Assembly (NCBI GenBank): GCA_051599415.1
Contig: AP039696.1
Location: forward strand, 248,001-312,000
Source: Savitreella phatthalungensis
Lineage: Eukaryota
Direction of reading: 5' to 3'
DNA length: 64,000 bases
The notes below the pieces were generated by a model. That model did not search any database and was not told where the DNA came from. It saw only the letters and a list, made by a program, of their open reading frames with translations. Made by a program: the position numbers and the translations under genes. Numbering within the stretch: the stretch's first letter is position 1; each line of letters begins with the position of its first letter. Shown here piece by piece: positions 1-11,274 of this stretch.

Positions 1-2
1 AC

Positions 3-554
3 ACCCACGTCCTCCACCCGCGCACCGACACGCCACACACAGCAGCCGACGTCCACGCAGGCTTCGCAGTCACACTCAGACTCGCAATCACACCATCTTC
101 GAACCTACCACCACAAATCCACCACGTCATCGCCACCGTTCACCGACAGCACGATAACCCAGGCGGCGTGGGTCCAGCGACCGTCGTCCACATCCACGGG
201 TTTGGAACGTTTGTACGGCGGTCAGTGCTTGGATGGTTTGGTCGGCTTGATCGGGCTGGGTCGCTTGAGGAGCTGAGTGAGATGGTTGGTGGTGTGGATG
301 GGAGTGCTGGAGGTGTTGGTGGGAATGTTGTTGGTGGAGCGAAAGTGAAGGCACCGATGCCGGGCAAAGTCGTGCGGATCGAGGCTGCCGACGGTGTCTC
401 AGTCGATCGAGGAGCTGGCATCGTCGTCATAGAATCCATGAAGACCGAAGTCAGACTCGTCGCACCCATCAACGGACAAGTCCAGATCCTCGTGCGCGAA
501 GGCGAAGCTGTCGAGGAAGGTAAACTCCTAGCACTCGTGAGACCGGCATCATAA
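3..554 (+). CDS. C-terminal biotinyl domain of a biotin-dependent carboxylase (3-methylcrotonyl-CoA/acyl-CoA carboxylase alpha-like), 5'-truncated by the window edge
   Basis: The frame is open from position 3 to TAA at 552-554. It contains the biotin-carrier signature KAPMPGKVV...IESMKTE...AP..G.V.....G..V..G..L. Confidence 0.8.
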   Translation, partial: THVLHPRTDTPHTAADVHAGFAVTLRLAITPSSNLPPQIHHVIATVHRQHDNPGGVGPATVVHIHGFGTFVRRSVLGWFGRLDRAGSLEELSEMVGGVDGSAGGVGGNVVGGAKVKAPMPGKVVRIEAADGVSVDRGAGIVVIESMKTEVRLVAPINGQVQILVREGEAVEEGKLLALVRPAS

Positions 555-598
555 AGGAAGGGAGAAAGTAAACATATATTCATTTGATTGTTTAGTAG

Positions 599-1762
599 TT
601 ACATTCGCCGCTGGCGTGAGCTCAGGTTGTCGAGGCGGTATTGACGGAGGTCGCTGGTGTAGTCTAGCTTGTCGTACTCGAATTCCCATGCTGGAAGCCT
701 TACGACTGTGCAGGTAGCGTTGTCGTCTGTGCCGAGGGTTTCTGCCATTCTGACGACGTTTTCTGCGGCCATGGCTGGGGTTGCGTGGCCTGCTGCTGGC
801 GGACAGAATTTGACGAGGTCGCAGATCTCCTGGTCGGACAACACGCCCGTCACCCCGTCGCTCACCATGCACATGAACGAGTAGGAGTGGGCGTCGCAAT
901 CGACAACGGCAAGCTGTGGCTCAGCACTCACACCGACCTTCTTCATTGGCGCGTCACCAAACGCCCGCGTATTCGCAAAAGATCCAAACCGCTCACTCCC
1001 GAACGAGTCGACGGAGAAGGCTGTGGTGTAGCGTCGTAGACGCTCTGCCTCTGCCGGCGACGATGGGTGGTGGTTGGTGGTGAGGGCTTCGGCGAGACCG
1101 CCGCGGTCGGTTGAGCAGAGGATGATGCGGGTGTCGCCGACGTGTGCGGAGGTGATTGTGTAGTTTGTCGACTGCCAGAACGGCCTGCCGTCGTGTGACT
1201 GGACGAGGGCGATCGAGGCGACCGCGCCGGAAGGTTGGCCTGTGCGGACGTACGCTAGGTCTGTCTGGAGGAATGCTGAGGTGAGTCGTGCCTCGAGTGT
1301 CAGCTGGTTGGTGTTGTCCGGGTCGAGTCCGCCGATGTAGTCCTGCAGGACCGATGGCCTGAACCGCTGGAAGTACCCGCCCACCTCCTTCCGCCACGCG
1401 CTCACCATCTTTGCCACCTCCCGAGACCGCATACCCTCGATGTGGTCGTGCAGGTGGTCACGCACGTACTCCGCGCATCCCGCGCCCCCGTGCCCGTCGA
1501 TCATCGCAAAGTAGAAGATCGTCGAGCTAGCGTCGAGACGATTCGCCAGCTTGTTCAGCACACCGACCTGGTATCGGTCCTCGTTCGTCGGCCGATCGCC
1601 ACGCGATGAATAGATACCAAGGTGCGCTTTCGCCTTCGCAATCGGGATCCGGACCTCGGGCCGGTCGGCTGGGGTATAGTAGTCATGGAATCGTCGACGG
1701 ATTGATTGGCTTGGTGAATGCCGATAAGACCGCTGTGAGGCATTGATAGCGCGTGGCAGCAT
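599..1762 (-). CDS. PP2C-family protein phosphatase, probably mitochondrial (Ptc6 / S. pombe Ptc4-like)
   Basis: PP2C motifs RPTNEDR, DGHGG, AHVGDTR, TRAFGD, SDGV and DDNAT. The Arg/Ser-rich, acid-free N-terminus resembles a mitochondrial presequence. Confidence 0.88.
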   Translation of the reverse strand: MLPRAINASQRSYRHSPSQSIRRRFHDYYTPADRPEVRIPIAKAKAHLGIYSSRGDRPTNEDRYQVGVLNKLANRLDASSTIFYFAMIDGHGGAGCAEYVRDHLHDHIEGMRSREVAKMVSAWRKEVGGYFQRFRPSVLQDYIGGLDPDNTNQLTLEARLTSAFLQTDLAYVRTGQPSGAVASIALVQSHDGRPFWQSTNYTITSAHVGDTRIILCSTDRGGLAEALTTNHHPSSPAEAERLRRYTTAFSVDSFGSERFGSFANTRAFGDAPMKKVGVSAEPQLAVVDCDAHSYSFMCMVSDGVTGVLSDQEICDLVKFCPPAAGHATPAMAAENVVRMAETLGTDDNATCTVVRLPAWEFEYDKLDYTSDLRQYRLDNLSSRQRRM

Positions 1763-2224
1763 CGTTCTCCTCCACGGCAGTGACCGAATGGTGGCGGGCG
1801 ATCTTTTGAGGATGACCTCAGATTGTTGGCTCGTCTCAAATAGAAGTACGAATGGCCTTCAGGAGGCTACCAACCGGGCTTGAGTCATAGCGATGCTGGG
1901 GACGGTCATCAAATCGAGTCAGATGAGATGCGACTGAGTCAACGTTTGTTCAGAGGTGAAGATGATGACTGAGCAGTGTGTTGTCTACCCAAGCCTACTA
2001 CGAATCTAGTTGATGTGCTGCAGGAACCGTAAAGTCTGTGGGTGGGGTGGCTTTGCGTTGATACACGTGAAATTGATTTACTCTTCACGGAACAGCCGAA
2101 GTACAAGGACAAGAGTCCGCTACAGTACATACACAACAGATCCTTAGCCACGCCAAAGGGTTCTTATGTACATGCGATTGCTTGCTTGATATGCTTCTGG
2201 CTTAGTCTTATAGGGGCATTCCTC

Positions 2225-4768
2225 TTAAGCAGCCGTCAGATCGGCTGGGAATTTAGCTAGATCGACTTGTTCTGTGATTTGGTCTGCTCCCGCGGCTCTT
2301 GTGAATGAGATGCGAAGCCTTAGCTTGATGGGGGCGCCTGGTGAGCAGGTAACTTTCATGACTTGCGTTGCTGATGCTGAGGTAGTGAGGTTGGTCGTTG
2401 AAAGCGGCTGCATCTGTAGCTTCATGCTCTTTGGAACGGCAGCTTGGAGGTTCAAGTCTGCCAGTGTCTCACCTCGGTTCACAAATCTGGCAACAAGCCG
2501 AGCTGATCCACTGCCTTCGCGGATAGCCTCAAACGTCAATTTGACGTCGTGCTTGTCGAAGGCCTCGATTTCGACCGCTGGCGACGCCTTCTTCCCACCG
2601 ATGCCCAACAAATCGTCCGTGCCGCTGGAGAAGAGGTCTTGAGTCGTGCTAGTACGGGACTGATTAGTCGCGGGCACTGCTGCAGATTTCGAGGAGACTG
2701 ATGCGGCGGGGTTCGGTCCATTGTCGCTGCCAAATAGGTCGAGGATGTCCGCAGCCGCAGAACGCTTTTGCGCTTGTGCTGGCTCGGACGATGGTCCAGA
2801 ATCTGAAGAGAACAGATCCTGCAGCAGGTCTGCAGAGGCCATCGTTTGTCGAGGGGCACCGATGCTGGGTTGGCTCGATGGAGAAGCACTCTCTTCTCCT
2901 AGCAGGTCGAGCAGGTTCTCAGCCTCTGTACGCTTCTTCCGTGTCCGCGTCTGTTTTGCAGCAGCGCCAGGGCCAAGCACCCTATTCTCCTCCTTGATCT
3001 CCGGAGGTGGCATCCGCTCAAGCACACCTTTGATGATTGATGGGTGCTCAAATAAGTTGCCGTACTCGACCGCACGCTGCTGCAATTCGACGTGGTTGTT
3101 GGAGACGTGTTTCTGGATGATGGCTTTGATGCGTGAGATTTCTGCCGGCGAAGTTAACCGTGTCGACAGCTTGACAAGTGCATTGATGATGTACTCGCTC
3201 ACGGCGAGGGTGCCGTATGTGCTCCCAAGAATCGACTCAAACAAGTTCACAATATCTGCCGGCTTTACATCCTTGACGAGGTCTTCGTCCTCGTAGGACT
3301 GCGCAGATAGCAACGCGTCGCCGTACTCGCCGATCGTCCATGCACCAGCCAAAGTCATACTCTCCTGCGTGATGTCCTGTTGTAGGGCTGCATAAAGTCG
3401 CTGTGTAGCATACGCCTGAAGCTCGGGTGATGTGGCGACGAGACGAATAAAGCTCGACAGGATTTCCTCGCGCACAAAATTGCCTGCCAGCTTGAGGACG
3501 CGCAGGACTGTGTCGACATGCCAGCGCTTGTTGGGCGCGAACCGGTCGGCAGCAATGCAGATCTGCGTCGTCATATTGAGCTTGAATTCCGGATTGGCCA
3601 TTTCGAGGAACGTGAGGAGCTCACGCACGAGGACGCGCACATTCGACTCGTTGATCAGGGCGAAGGAAAGATCAAGAGCTCGCCGGCGGATCGAGATATC
3701 TGGGTCGCGAAGGCACTCGAGAATTGTCGATCGATGGCGCTGTACAGCATTCGGTTCGATGTCAATGACCTTTGAGAGGGTGTTGAGAGCGACGTAGCGG
3801 ATATTGTTGTCTTTGTTGCTCAGGAACTTGCCGAGAATATTGACGCCGAGCACGCGGAGGCCACTGTCTGCCTCAATCTCGAGTACCGTCAGGACTGTCT
3901 GGTACAGGACTGCGTTTCCGACGTTCTTCGTGGCCTCAGTGCTTGAAGCGACCTGCGTTAGGATGTCGTTGACCTGTTCGGACACATCTGGGTTGTCCTT
4001 GCCGAGGATGCTGAAGAACCGAATAATCTTGATCTGGAGAAAAGGGTCTGCGATGCCAGAGACGTCGTGCTCGGGTGCGTATCCAGACGTCAGAAGCGAC
4101 TTGAGCACCTTGACCAACGCTGGAACTTGTGGTACAAAATCTGGAATGATCTCAGGGTCTTCTGCACACATGTCGGACGCAAGAGTCAGACCGCAGAGCA
4201 GAACGCCGTGATGACGATCGCTGAGCAAGACCTTTGCTTGTTCCAGGAAGTTCTCCTGCAACTCGGGGACTTTGCGAATGATGCGCATGGCACACAAGGC
4301 TGCCTTTTTCCGAATGTATGAATTTGTAGATCCCAGGAGCTTGCCGACGTCTGAACACAGGTCTCGAGACATCTCCTGGCCGGCGATGTTTCCTAGTGTA
4401 GAGAGGGCGAGACCTACAATGAACTGATTGGAGTGCTGGAGGTCATTCTGCAGACTGTTTGTGACGAGTGTGATGACTTCCTGAGCTTCATCGAGCAGGA
4501 GCATGGTACCGAGGTAGCCGAGACGCTTGTCAGTGAATTTTGGACTTGCGAGCAGCTTGACACATTCGATTTGGCCGTAGTGTGTGGGCACACCGAGCGT
4601 GAAGAGGTAGAGTAGCTTTGCAACGTTGTTCCGCCGTGCATATTGATCACCTGGCCGTTCTCTAAATGATGTTCGAATGGCCGCAGATTCTTTTTGAATG
4701 ACTGCACGCTCATCGCTTGCCGTCTTTGTCGCTCTGACGCTCTTGATGAACGTCTTCAGAGACGACAT
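2225..4768 (-). CDS. APL4: AP-1 adaptor complex gamma subunit (gamma-adaptin)
   Basis: N-terminus MSSLKTFIKSVRATKTASDERAVIQKESAAIR, then KRLGYLG and HDVSGIADPFLQ. The hinge has LLDLL/DILDLF clathrin-box-like motifs, followed by a C-terminal ear (QAAVPKS). Confidence 0.96.
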   Translation of the reverse strand: MSSLKTFIKSVRATKTASDERAVIQKESAAIRTSFRERPGDQYARRNNVAKLLYLFTLGVPTHYGQIECVKLLASPKFTDKRLGYLGTMLLLDEAQEVITLVTNSLQNDLQHSNQFIVGLALSTLGNIAGQEMSRDLCSDVGKLLGSTNSYIRKKAALCAMRIIRKVPELQENFLEQAKVLLSDRHHGVLLCGLTLASDMCAEDPEIIPDFVPQVPALVKVLKSLLTSGYAPEHDVSGIADPFLQIKIIRFFSILGKDNPDVSEQVNDILTQVASSTEATKNVGNAVLYQTVLTVLEIEADSGLRVLGVNILGKFLSNKDNNIRYVALNTLSKVIDIEPNAVQRHRSTILECLRDPDISIRRRALDLSFALINESNVRVLVRELLTFLEMANPEFKLNMTTQICIAADRFAPNKRWHVDTVLRVLKLAGNFVREEILSSFIRLVATSPELQAYATQRLYAALQQDITQESMTLAGAWTIGEYGDALLSAQSYEDEDLVKDVKPADIVNLFESILGSTYGTLAVSEYIINALVKLSTRLTSPAEISRIKAIIQKHVSNNHVELQQRAVEYGNLFEHPSIIKGVLERMPPPEIKEENRVLGPGAAAKQTRTRKKRTEAENLLDLLGEESASPSSQPSIGAPRQTMASADLLQDLFSSDSGPSSEPAQAQKRSAAADILDLFGSDNGPNPAASVSSKSAAVPATNQSRTSTTQDLFSSGTDDLLGIGGKKASPAVEIEAFDKHDVKLTFEAIREGSGSARLVARFVNRGETLADLNLQAAVPKSMKLQMQPLSTTNLTTSASATQVMKVTCSPGAPIKLRLRISFTRAAGADQITEQVDLAKFPADLTAA

Positions 4769-5079
4769 GGCGTGCTGAGGATGTAAAGAGTCGAAACAGA
4801 CCTGTTGTACAAATCACCTGTGGGTTGGATTGGGTGGATTGATGAAGATTGTGACTCAGAGGCAGATGCTCTTCAGTTCTATCCTTTTTTTACGCGTGCA
4901 GACGTTTAGGAGATGTCGTAGAATGTTGGTTTATTGAGGATGACTCTGTAGCTGTGTGTTGTATGGATGTGTGTATGTACGTATACACGGTGGTGTTGGT
5001 GCATGTCTGTGTAGTGAGTGTAGTGTGTGATTCACAACGCAATGTGAGTCTATGCATTGAATCTATAAATTACTGTTCA

Positions 5080-5104
5080 GCATGCATGCATGCATGCATG
5101 CATG
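5080..5104. repeat. (GCAT)n self-complementary microsatellite, about 6 units
   Basis: Direct reading: gcatgcatgcatgcatgcatgcatg. A short (atca)n tract lies near 5132-5146. Confidence 0.85.
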
Positions 5105-5634
5105 TTCAGCTGCTGAGCGAGCAAGCGAACGATCAATCAATCAATCAGCCGAGTAGAAAATATTGACTTGATCCGTCTATTCAATATCAGTCGACGATCG
5201 TGATCATCTAGCTAGCAATATATTCTACTGACGTGCATTCATACGTTGCAAGGACATGCATGGAATTCATCAATCAAGTCCATATTTACACGTGTTCTTA
5301 GACGAGTGACTTCCTGTGACTATACAGTATACCCGTACACGCAGGCACCTTCACGATCGACTGTGTAGCAATAGCAGGATGGATACGATTGGGAGTCAGG
5401 CAGACACTGAAGACCCCATCCATGCAACCTCGTCACTGTTCGCAATTTCCGACTCCATAGACAGAAGAGCTTAGATCTATCATAATTCATATTCCTCTAA
5501 TCTGTCCTCTCTTCCCCTAATCGTCTTTGATCGTGTCCTCACATACCCCTCTCCGTCTCGCTCGTCGTGATGCCGATGTAGTATGTACAATGATGCGCTC
5601 GGATGGAGATTGATGCATGAGCTGTGATTTTCAA

Positions 5635-8600
5635 TCACTTCAAACTGGCAACGAATCCGTCCAAGTCCTCGTACTCTTGGTACTGTCCAGAGTCATGGAG
5701 TTCGTCTAGTTGATCAAACAGTGGTTTCTCACCGGGCTTCACCAGGTTGCCCTGTAGATCGAGACCGCTTGCATCTCCAGCCTTCTGCTGCTGTTGTTGC
5801 TGCTGCTTCTGGATATCGCTCTTCTCATTTCCAGCATCAAACAGGTCAAGCAACTGATCTGTGCCCATGGTGGCCAATCCTGAGTTCTGCTGATTGACAA
5901 TGGTCGATGCAATGTTCATCTTGAACTTCTGAAGACCCATGATCTTCTCCTCAAGCGTGTTTCGTGTGATGAGCCGGTATACGTTGACAACCCGCTTTTG
6001 ACCGATCCGATGGGCACGGTCCATCGCCTGCAGGTCCTTCATCGGATTCCAGTCATGCTCGACAAAGATGACTGTATCTGCGCCAGTCAAATTCAGCCCA
6101 AGGCCACCGACGTGCGTCGTTAGCAACAGCACATCGATCGAAGGATCCGCATTGAATTGCTGGACGATGCTCTGTCGATGCCGTGGATCGACAGCGCCGT
6201 CAAGACGCATGTACGTGACATCCGGCAAAAGCGCTTTCAATAGATCCTTCTCCACAATGTCCAGCATCTCTCGCAGTTGGAAGAATATCAGAGCACGGTG
6301 CTGACCAACTCCGCCGGCAACTTCTTTTTGCCCTTGCTGTCCGTGTGAACCGCTGCTGATACCGCAATCAACAAGCAGGTCGTGTAAGGCTTGCAGCTTA
6401 GGCGCGTGCTGAACATCCCGTAGCGAGCTTCCTTGCTTCTTGAGCTTCTCGTTCGTCTTCGCGAACTGTGGGTGGGCGGCATTGAGAACGAGAGCCGGAT
6501 GGTTGCAGAGTTTGCGCATGTACTGCAATGCTTGGAAAATGTGGTTCTGGCTGTCTTTCGCAGACGAACCCGCGGCGACCTCTGTTGAAGCTGATGCAGA
6601 GACCTCATCAGCAAGGGTCTCGCCCTGTGACTTCTTGAAGTCGTTGTAGAGTGATCGCTGAAGCTCACTCAACTCGCAATAGTAATCCTGGATGATCTTG
6701 GGCGGCAGGTCCGAGAGCACGTCCTCTTTCAACCGACGAAGCAGGAACGGAAGCACTTGCTTGTGTAGAGCCTCGAGTGCAAGAGCGCCAGCTTCCTGCT
6801 CTTTGCTCGAGCTCTTGCTGTCGCGGCTGTTGGCGATCGGTTTCGCGTATCGATCGTGGAAGCTCTTCTCCGTACCAAGGAATCCAGGCATGAGGAAATC
6901 GAAGAGCGACCAGAGCTCCAGCACGTTGTTCTGGATCGGCGTGCCAGACAAAATTAGGCGATGATTCGCTTTGAGTCGTTTGACGCATTGCGTGATTTTG
7001 GCTTTAGCGTTCTTGATGACATGACCTTCGTCGAGGATGCAATAGTTCCAGTCGAGATGGCCGAGGAAATCAATATCGTTGCGAACCACGTCGTACGATG
7101 TGATGACGATATCGGCAGCTCTTGCCGCCTTCTGTAGTTGATGTCGCTCAACCGGTGGACCGACGTACGCACAGCAGGTCAGGAACGGCGCGTACTGATT
7201 GATCTCGAATAGCCAGTGACCAGACAAGGACGGCGGGCATACCACAATCGATGGCAGACGGCGGTATTCGGCGGACTGTGTCTGCGAAAAGCGCTCGGCA
7301 CGGATGTGATGATCGCTCGCGAGGATGCAAATACTTTGTAGGGTCTTGCCGAGACCCATGTCATCACAAAGAATGCCATGCAATTGATACCGGTTGAGGA
7401 ATGCGAGCCAGTTGACGCCGTCCTGCTGATATGATCGTAGGTCTGCTTTGATTGCCACTGGAATCTCAAAGTTCTCCACCTTAGTACCATCGAGCATCTG
7501 CTGGATGAATTTGCGTTCCTCATCTCGTTCCCGCAAGAGCTCTTCACTGAATCCAGGCGGATCTGGCAGACCAGCCTCTAGAGGAACAAGCTTGACAAGA
7601 CTCGCGAATGTGGTCGTGGCAAGTGTGCGGATGTCGTCGTTGGGATCACTCATCCTACCGAGGGTGGGCACGATCAAAAACACAATGTAAGGCAGGACAT
7701 CGATGTCCAGTCGGCGGACAAGAAGGTGTATCAGCTCGATAGCTCCCTGGCGGCGAACGAGGCTTCCGGCGTCTGATAGCATTGGCAAGACCGATCGAAT
7801 GACGTGCGGCATGACCGGCGTCGCATCGGTCTTGCAAATTGAGCTGAATGCGGAAGCTGCGATGAATCGAACAGCCGAGTACTTCGACTGTAATGCCGCT
7901 TGGATCTTCGGAATTGCCTCGTCGAATTGTGGCGGCAAGCCAGCAGTGAAAGTGCAAGCAATTGTCGCTAATAAGCTGACGCTGTCAATAACGTTCTGAC
8001 CAAGGACCGCGTCGTCCAAGGCGAGTTCTTCGGCCGCGCTCCTGAATGACTGGTCCAATGCAGCAAATGCGCACTGCCTCAATCCTGGGAGCCGCTCAAA
8101 GAGGTTCAAGCCATGATGCTTAGTGAAGCATGCTAGAACAAGCTCAGCACCACGGCGTTTGATCGTGACAGGTGTGATCTCGGAAAGCGAGGGAGCTGTC
8201 TCTTCGAGGGCGAGCGTATAGACGCGATCGTGAATAGCAGCGTGCGCTTCGAACTCTGGTGTGAGCCGGGTGTCCACGCAACTGAAGGCACACACATTTT
8301 TGATGAGCTTGTCGGCTGCAGACGCTCGCCCTTGTGCTTGGCATTGCTGAACAAGGGAGACAAGGGCCTCGGCAACGCGAGATTGTAGAAGCACCTCGTG
8401 CTCTTCCTTGACAGCGTCCATGAGCGACTTGATTACCGGATTGAGCTTCTTGGGGAGCTCGCCGACAGCAACGTAGGCTGTTCCGAGTCCAGCGAGGACT
8501 CTCAGGTCCTCTTGCTGCTTCTGTTGCTCAGCCAGCTCGAGCACAGTCCGGAGAGAGTCACATGCGGATTCGCACTGCTGCTTGATCGCTCCGCGGAAGC

Positions 8601-11274
8601 TATCGCCACAAGCACGAGTCATCCTGTCAAAGCCCTCCTCCACAAGCGATCTCGCAAAAGCCAGATCAAAGACCTCGTCAATAGCTGAATTGGTCCTGTC
8701 GCCGACGCAAGCTTTCGGGAGGAGCTTGATCTTGGCAGCAGGCAGCCTGGCGACTTCGATGAACGTGTTCAATAAGGCCTGTGCCTGGCCTCTGACCGAG
8801 TATATGCTCGACGTAAGATTCGTGTAGTGGGTCGGCAGTGGCTGAGACAACATCGCATCGAGGTCAGCACGTAACTTGCCTTTCTGTTCTGGCGGGAAAT
8901 TTTGTTGCAGAGCGCTGGCCAGGATGAAGGCCGCTAGGTAACGAGTCGTAGACATTGTCGAAGTTAGCAAGCGGCACACGTGGTGTACCGCTTGCGCCCA
9001 CGGTTCAGTGCCAGCAAGAAGACTGAGAGCGCGACCAGCGGCATCACATGCCAGTAATCTGCCTCGTAGGAGGGTCGAGAAGCCCATCAACTCGAGATCA
9101 CCCTGCAACATCGAGGCGTCAATATTGAACTTGCCCGGATTGTCCTCGGCGGGCTTGCCATTAGCGGCTTTGCGTTTGCGCCCGCGAGGTACTCCCTGCG
9201 GAACGCCGAGTGTATCGCTATCAGGTTCCTCCTTCGGAAGCGCAGGTGGCGACATAATCGAGCCATTTGCATTAATCATCTGGCCGATTGCAAGCGGGTA
9301 GTTGTGCCGGCCAAGGCCGATGGGTGTGACTGCCAGATCAATGAGGCTCGTAGTAAAGCTACCAATGACTCCAGCCGCACGGTCACCCAAACAATTGCAA
9401 TAGAGCTCGAAGAGCTTCACGGATGCGTTCAACACCTCAGACTGCTGCTCTACCAGCAAATTCTGGTACACGAGTCGTACGCATCGCAGATCGATCCAGG
9501 AAGAGGCATTGTCGCGATCGGCTTCCACGAGGGTTGTCAGTGCGCGAACAACGGAACGACGCACGCCTGTGATTGTGTGTCGTAGGAATGGATACAGCAG
9601 GGGTACGAGGCTGCCGATTGTGCGATCTTCGTCCTGCTCTGACTTGACTCGCATGAGAGCCAAAACTTCCGGCTTCGAGCATAGGCGAGCAAGCAGGTCG
9701 ATCACACTGCCTGTGCTGGAGCTCAGGTCGTCTTGCAGATCCGCTAGGCAATCCCACAGCACATCCAGAAGCTGATCTGTTTCCGTGGGTCGCTTCGCGA
9801 CGATCTCATCCGCGATTGGAATGAGCGAGGAAGCTGCGACTGCTTTGACATCATCGTCGCAATTTTCGAGAGCCTTGAAAACACAGCGCATGACTTCATC
9901 CATCATCGCTGGCGAAGCCGTGACTGCATCGCGTCGGACAGCGATCAGATATCTCATGCCAAGCATGCCACCATGGGTGGCCTCCCAAGCACTGGTCGGA
10001 ATGCCGGGCTGCTTGACAAGACTGCTGAGCAAGCCAAACACATGACTGACCATGTCGTCATCGAGATGGATCAACAGAGCAGAGAGAGTTTGCGCGATGC
10101 TCTCGCGAATTGGGGCGACAACCTGGTCTGCCACATAGTCGCCGAATCGGTCGAGAGCAAAGACGCAGCACAGTCTGCAGGCGAGATCTGCAAGATGTTG
10201 ACGGTTGAGCCCGTTATTGTCCGCAACTGATCGGCCGGCGATCCGACCGACGTCTTTTGCATGAGTGCGAAGCAATTCACGAAGGGCAATGGCAGCCCCG
10301 TGGCGAGTCTCCCAGAAAACATCGAAGATGTCGATAATGAGAAGTTCCAGAAGGCTCATCAAGGGCCAATGGGCAGAGGTTGTGGCTGAGAAGAGATCAG
10401 CTGGCTGAGCCTTAAGTGGTCCAGATTCAACCACCACTTTATTGTCGTTCTGTGGCTGAGTGGTGACTGAGAAGTAGTCCCCATTCACATTCGCCTTGTC
10501 TTCCGTCGGTGTCGGTGTTTCTGGGGCACCATTATATTCAACGAGACGCACTTTCCCGGAAGCTTGCTTGCTGAGCTTTGCTTTGCGCTTCATCATGTTT
10601 CGTTGTCTTGCGGATAGTCCGGCAAGATCATTGTCCTCAGAGGACGTGGCGAGTGCTGCGGCCGGCGGATGCGGCGCGATGGGAGTTGTCGGCGTGCTGG
10701 CACCTGTACCAACATCGTGGTTGGAAAGAAAATCCTTGTCCAGGTACTCAGCTCCGAGACCGAGTCTCGCTGTGACGTTATGCTTTGCTCTGGCCAGGCG
10801 CTCTTCCACGGAGAGTGCACCGAGGTTGACGTCATATTCTTGACCGCCGCTGCCGACGAGCACTTTGCCGTTGCGAACGACAGACAGGATATCGAATGTG
10901 GAGAGATCAAGCAAGCCAGCCGTTGCATCATCAGTGGCTGCAGCGTCAAGCTCATCTGTGTGCATCGCCTCTGTCTTGATTTCATCCAAGTTATTTTTAG
11001 CATTCGTGTCTGCATCGGTTTCCTCCTTTTTTACTGATGCAGCTACCGGTGGCCAGGACTCAACGTGCTCAAGAATGCCGCCTATTGCTTTTGCCGCTGC
11101 GACACGTGATTCCCATTGCTTAGAGCGCAGGTAGGGTACAATTCTGCCTAGAAGATTGAAGAGCTCGTGTGGGTGGTTCTTCTGCACTTGAGCAAGCTGC
11201 TCTGCGGCGGTCGAGCGGACGACAACATTGCCGGTATCCAGGAGAAGGACAAGTCTATCGAGTCTTGTGGCCAT
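5635..11274 (-). CDS. MOT1: TATA-binding-protein-associated SWI2/SNF2 ATPase Mot1 (BTAF1)
   Basis: 1879 aa starting MATRLDRLVLLLDTG. HEAT region includes LDRFGDYVADQVVAPIRE. SNF2 motifs GILCDDMGLGKT, DEGH, LSGTPIQNN and QAMDRAHRIGQ. Confidence 0.97.
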   Translation of the reverse strand: MATRLDRLVLLLDTGNVVVRSTAAEQLAQVQKNHPHELFNLLGRIVPYLRSKQWESRVAAAKAIGGILEHVESWPPVAASVKKEETDADTNAKNNLDEIKTEAMHTDELDAAATDDATAGLLDLSTFDILSVVRNGKVLVGSGGQEYDVNLGALSVEERLARAKHNVTARLGLGAEYLDKDFLSNHDVGTGASTPTTPIAPHPPAAALATSSEDNDLAGLSARQRNMMKRKAKLSKQASGKVRLVEYNGAPETPTPTEDKANVNGDYFSVTTQPQNDNKVVVESGPLKAQPADLFSATTSAHWPLMSLLELLIIDIFDVFWETRHGAAIALRELLRTHAKDVGRIAGRSVADNNGLNRQHLADLACRLCCVFALDRFGDYVADQVVAPIRESIAQTLSALLIHLDDDMVSHVFGLLSSLVKQPGIPTSAWEATHGGMLGMRYLIAVRRDAVTASPAMMDEVMRCVFKALENCDDDVKAVAASSLIPIADEIVAKRPTETDQLLDVLWDCLADLQDDLSSSTGSVIDLLARLCSKPEVLALMRVKSEQDEDRTIGSLVPLLYPFLRHTITGVRRSVVRALTTLVEADRDNASSWIDLRCVRLVYQNLLVEQQSEVLNASVKLFELYCNCLGDRAAGVIGSFTTSLIDLAVTPIGLGRHNYPLAIGQMINANGSIMSPPALPKEEPDSDTLGVPQGVPRGRKRKAANGKPAEDNPGKFNIDASMLQGDLELMGFSTLLRGRLLACDAAGRALSLLAGTEPWAQAVHHVCRLLTSTMSTTRYLAAFILASALQQNFPPEQKGKLRADLDAMLSQPLPTHYTNLTSSIYSVRGQAQALLNTFIEVARLPAAKIKLLPKACVGDRTNSAIDEVFDLAFARSLVEEGFDRMTRACGDSFRGAIKQQCESACDSLRTVLELAEQQKQQEDLRVLAGLGTAYVAVGELPKKLNPVIKSLMDAVKEEHEVLLQSRVAEALVSLVQQCQAQGRASAADKLIKNVCAFSCVDTRLTPEFEAHAAIHDRVYTLALEETAPSLSEITPVTIKRRGAELVLACFTKHHGLNLFERLPGLRQCAFAALDQSFRSAAEELALDDAVLGQNVIDSVSLLATIACTFTAGLPPQFDEAIPKIQAALQSKYSAVRFIAASAFSSICKTDATPVMPHVIRSVLPMLSDAGSLVRRQGAIELIHLLVRRLDIDVLPYIVFLIVPTLGRMSDPNDDIRTLATTTFASLVKLVPLEAGLPDPPGFSEELLRERDEERKFIQQMLDGTKVENFEIPVAIKADLRSYQQDGVNWLAFLNRYQLHGILCDDMGLGKTLQSICILASDHHIRAERFSQTQSAEYRRLPSIVVCPPSLSGHWLFEINQYAPFLTCCAYVGPPVERHQLQKAARAADIVITSYDVVRNDIDFLGHLDWNYCILDEGHVIKNAKAKITQCVKRLKANHRLILSGTPIQNNVLELWSLFDFLMPGFLGTEKSFHDRYAKPIANSRDSKSSSKEQEAGALALEALHKQVLPFLLRRLKEDVLSDLPPKIIQDYYCELSELQRSLYNDFKKSQGETLADEVSASASTEVAAGSSAKDSQNHIFQALQYMRKLCNHPALVLNAAHPQFAKTNEKLKKQGSSLRDVQHAPKLQALHDLLVDCGISSGSHGQQGQKEVAGGVGQHRALIFFQLREMLDIVEKDLLKALLPDVTYMRLDGAVDPRHRQSIVQQFNADPSIDVLLLTTHVGGLGLNLTGADTVIFVEHDWNPMKDLQAMDRAHRIGQKRVVNVYRLITRNTLEEKIMGLQKFKMNIASTIVNQQNSGLATMGTDQLLDLFDAGNEKSDIQKQQQQQQQKAGDASGLDLQGNLVKPGEKPLFDQLDELHDSGQYQEYEDLDGFVASLK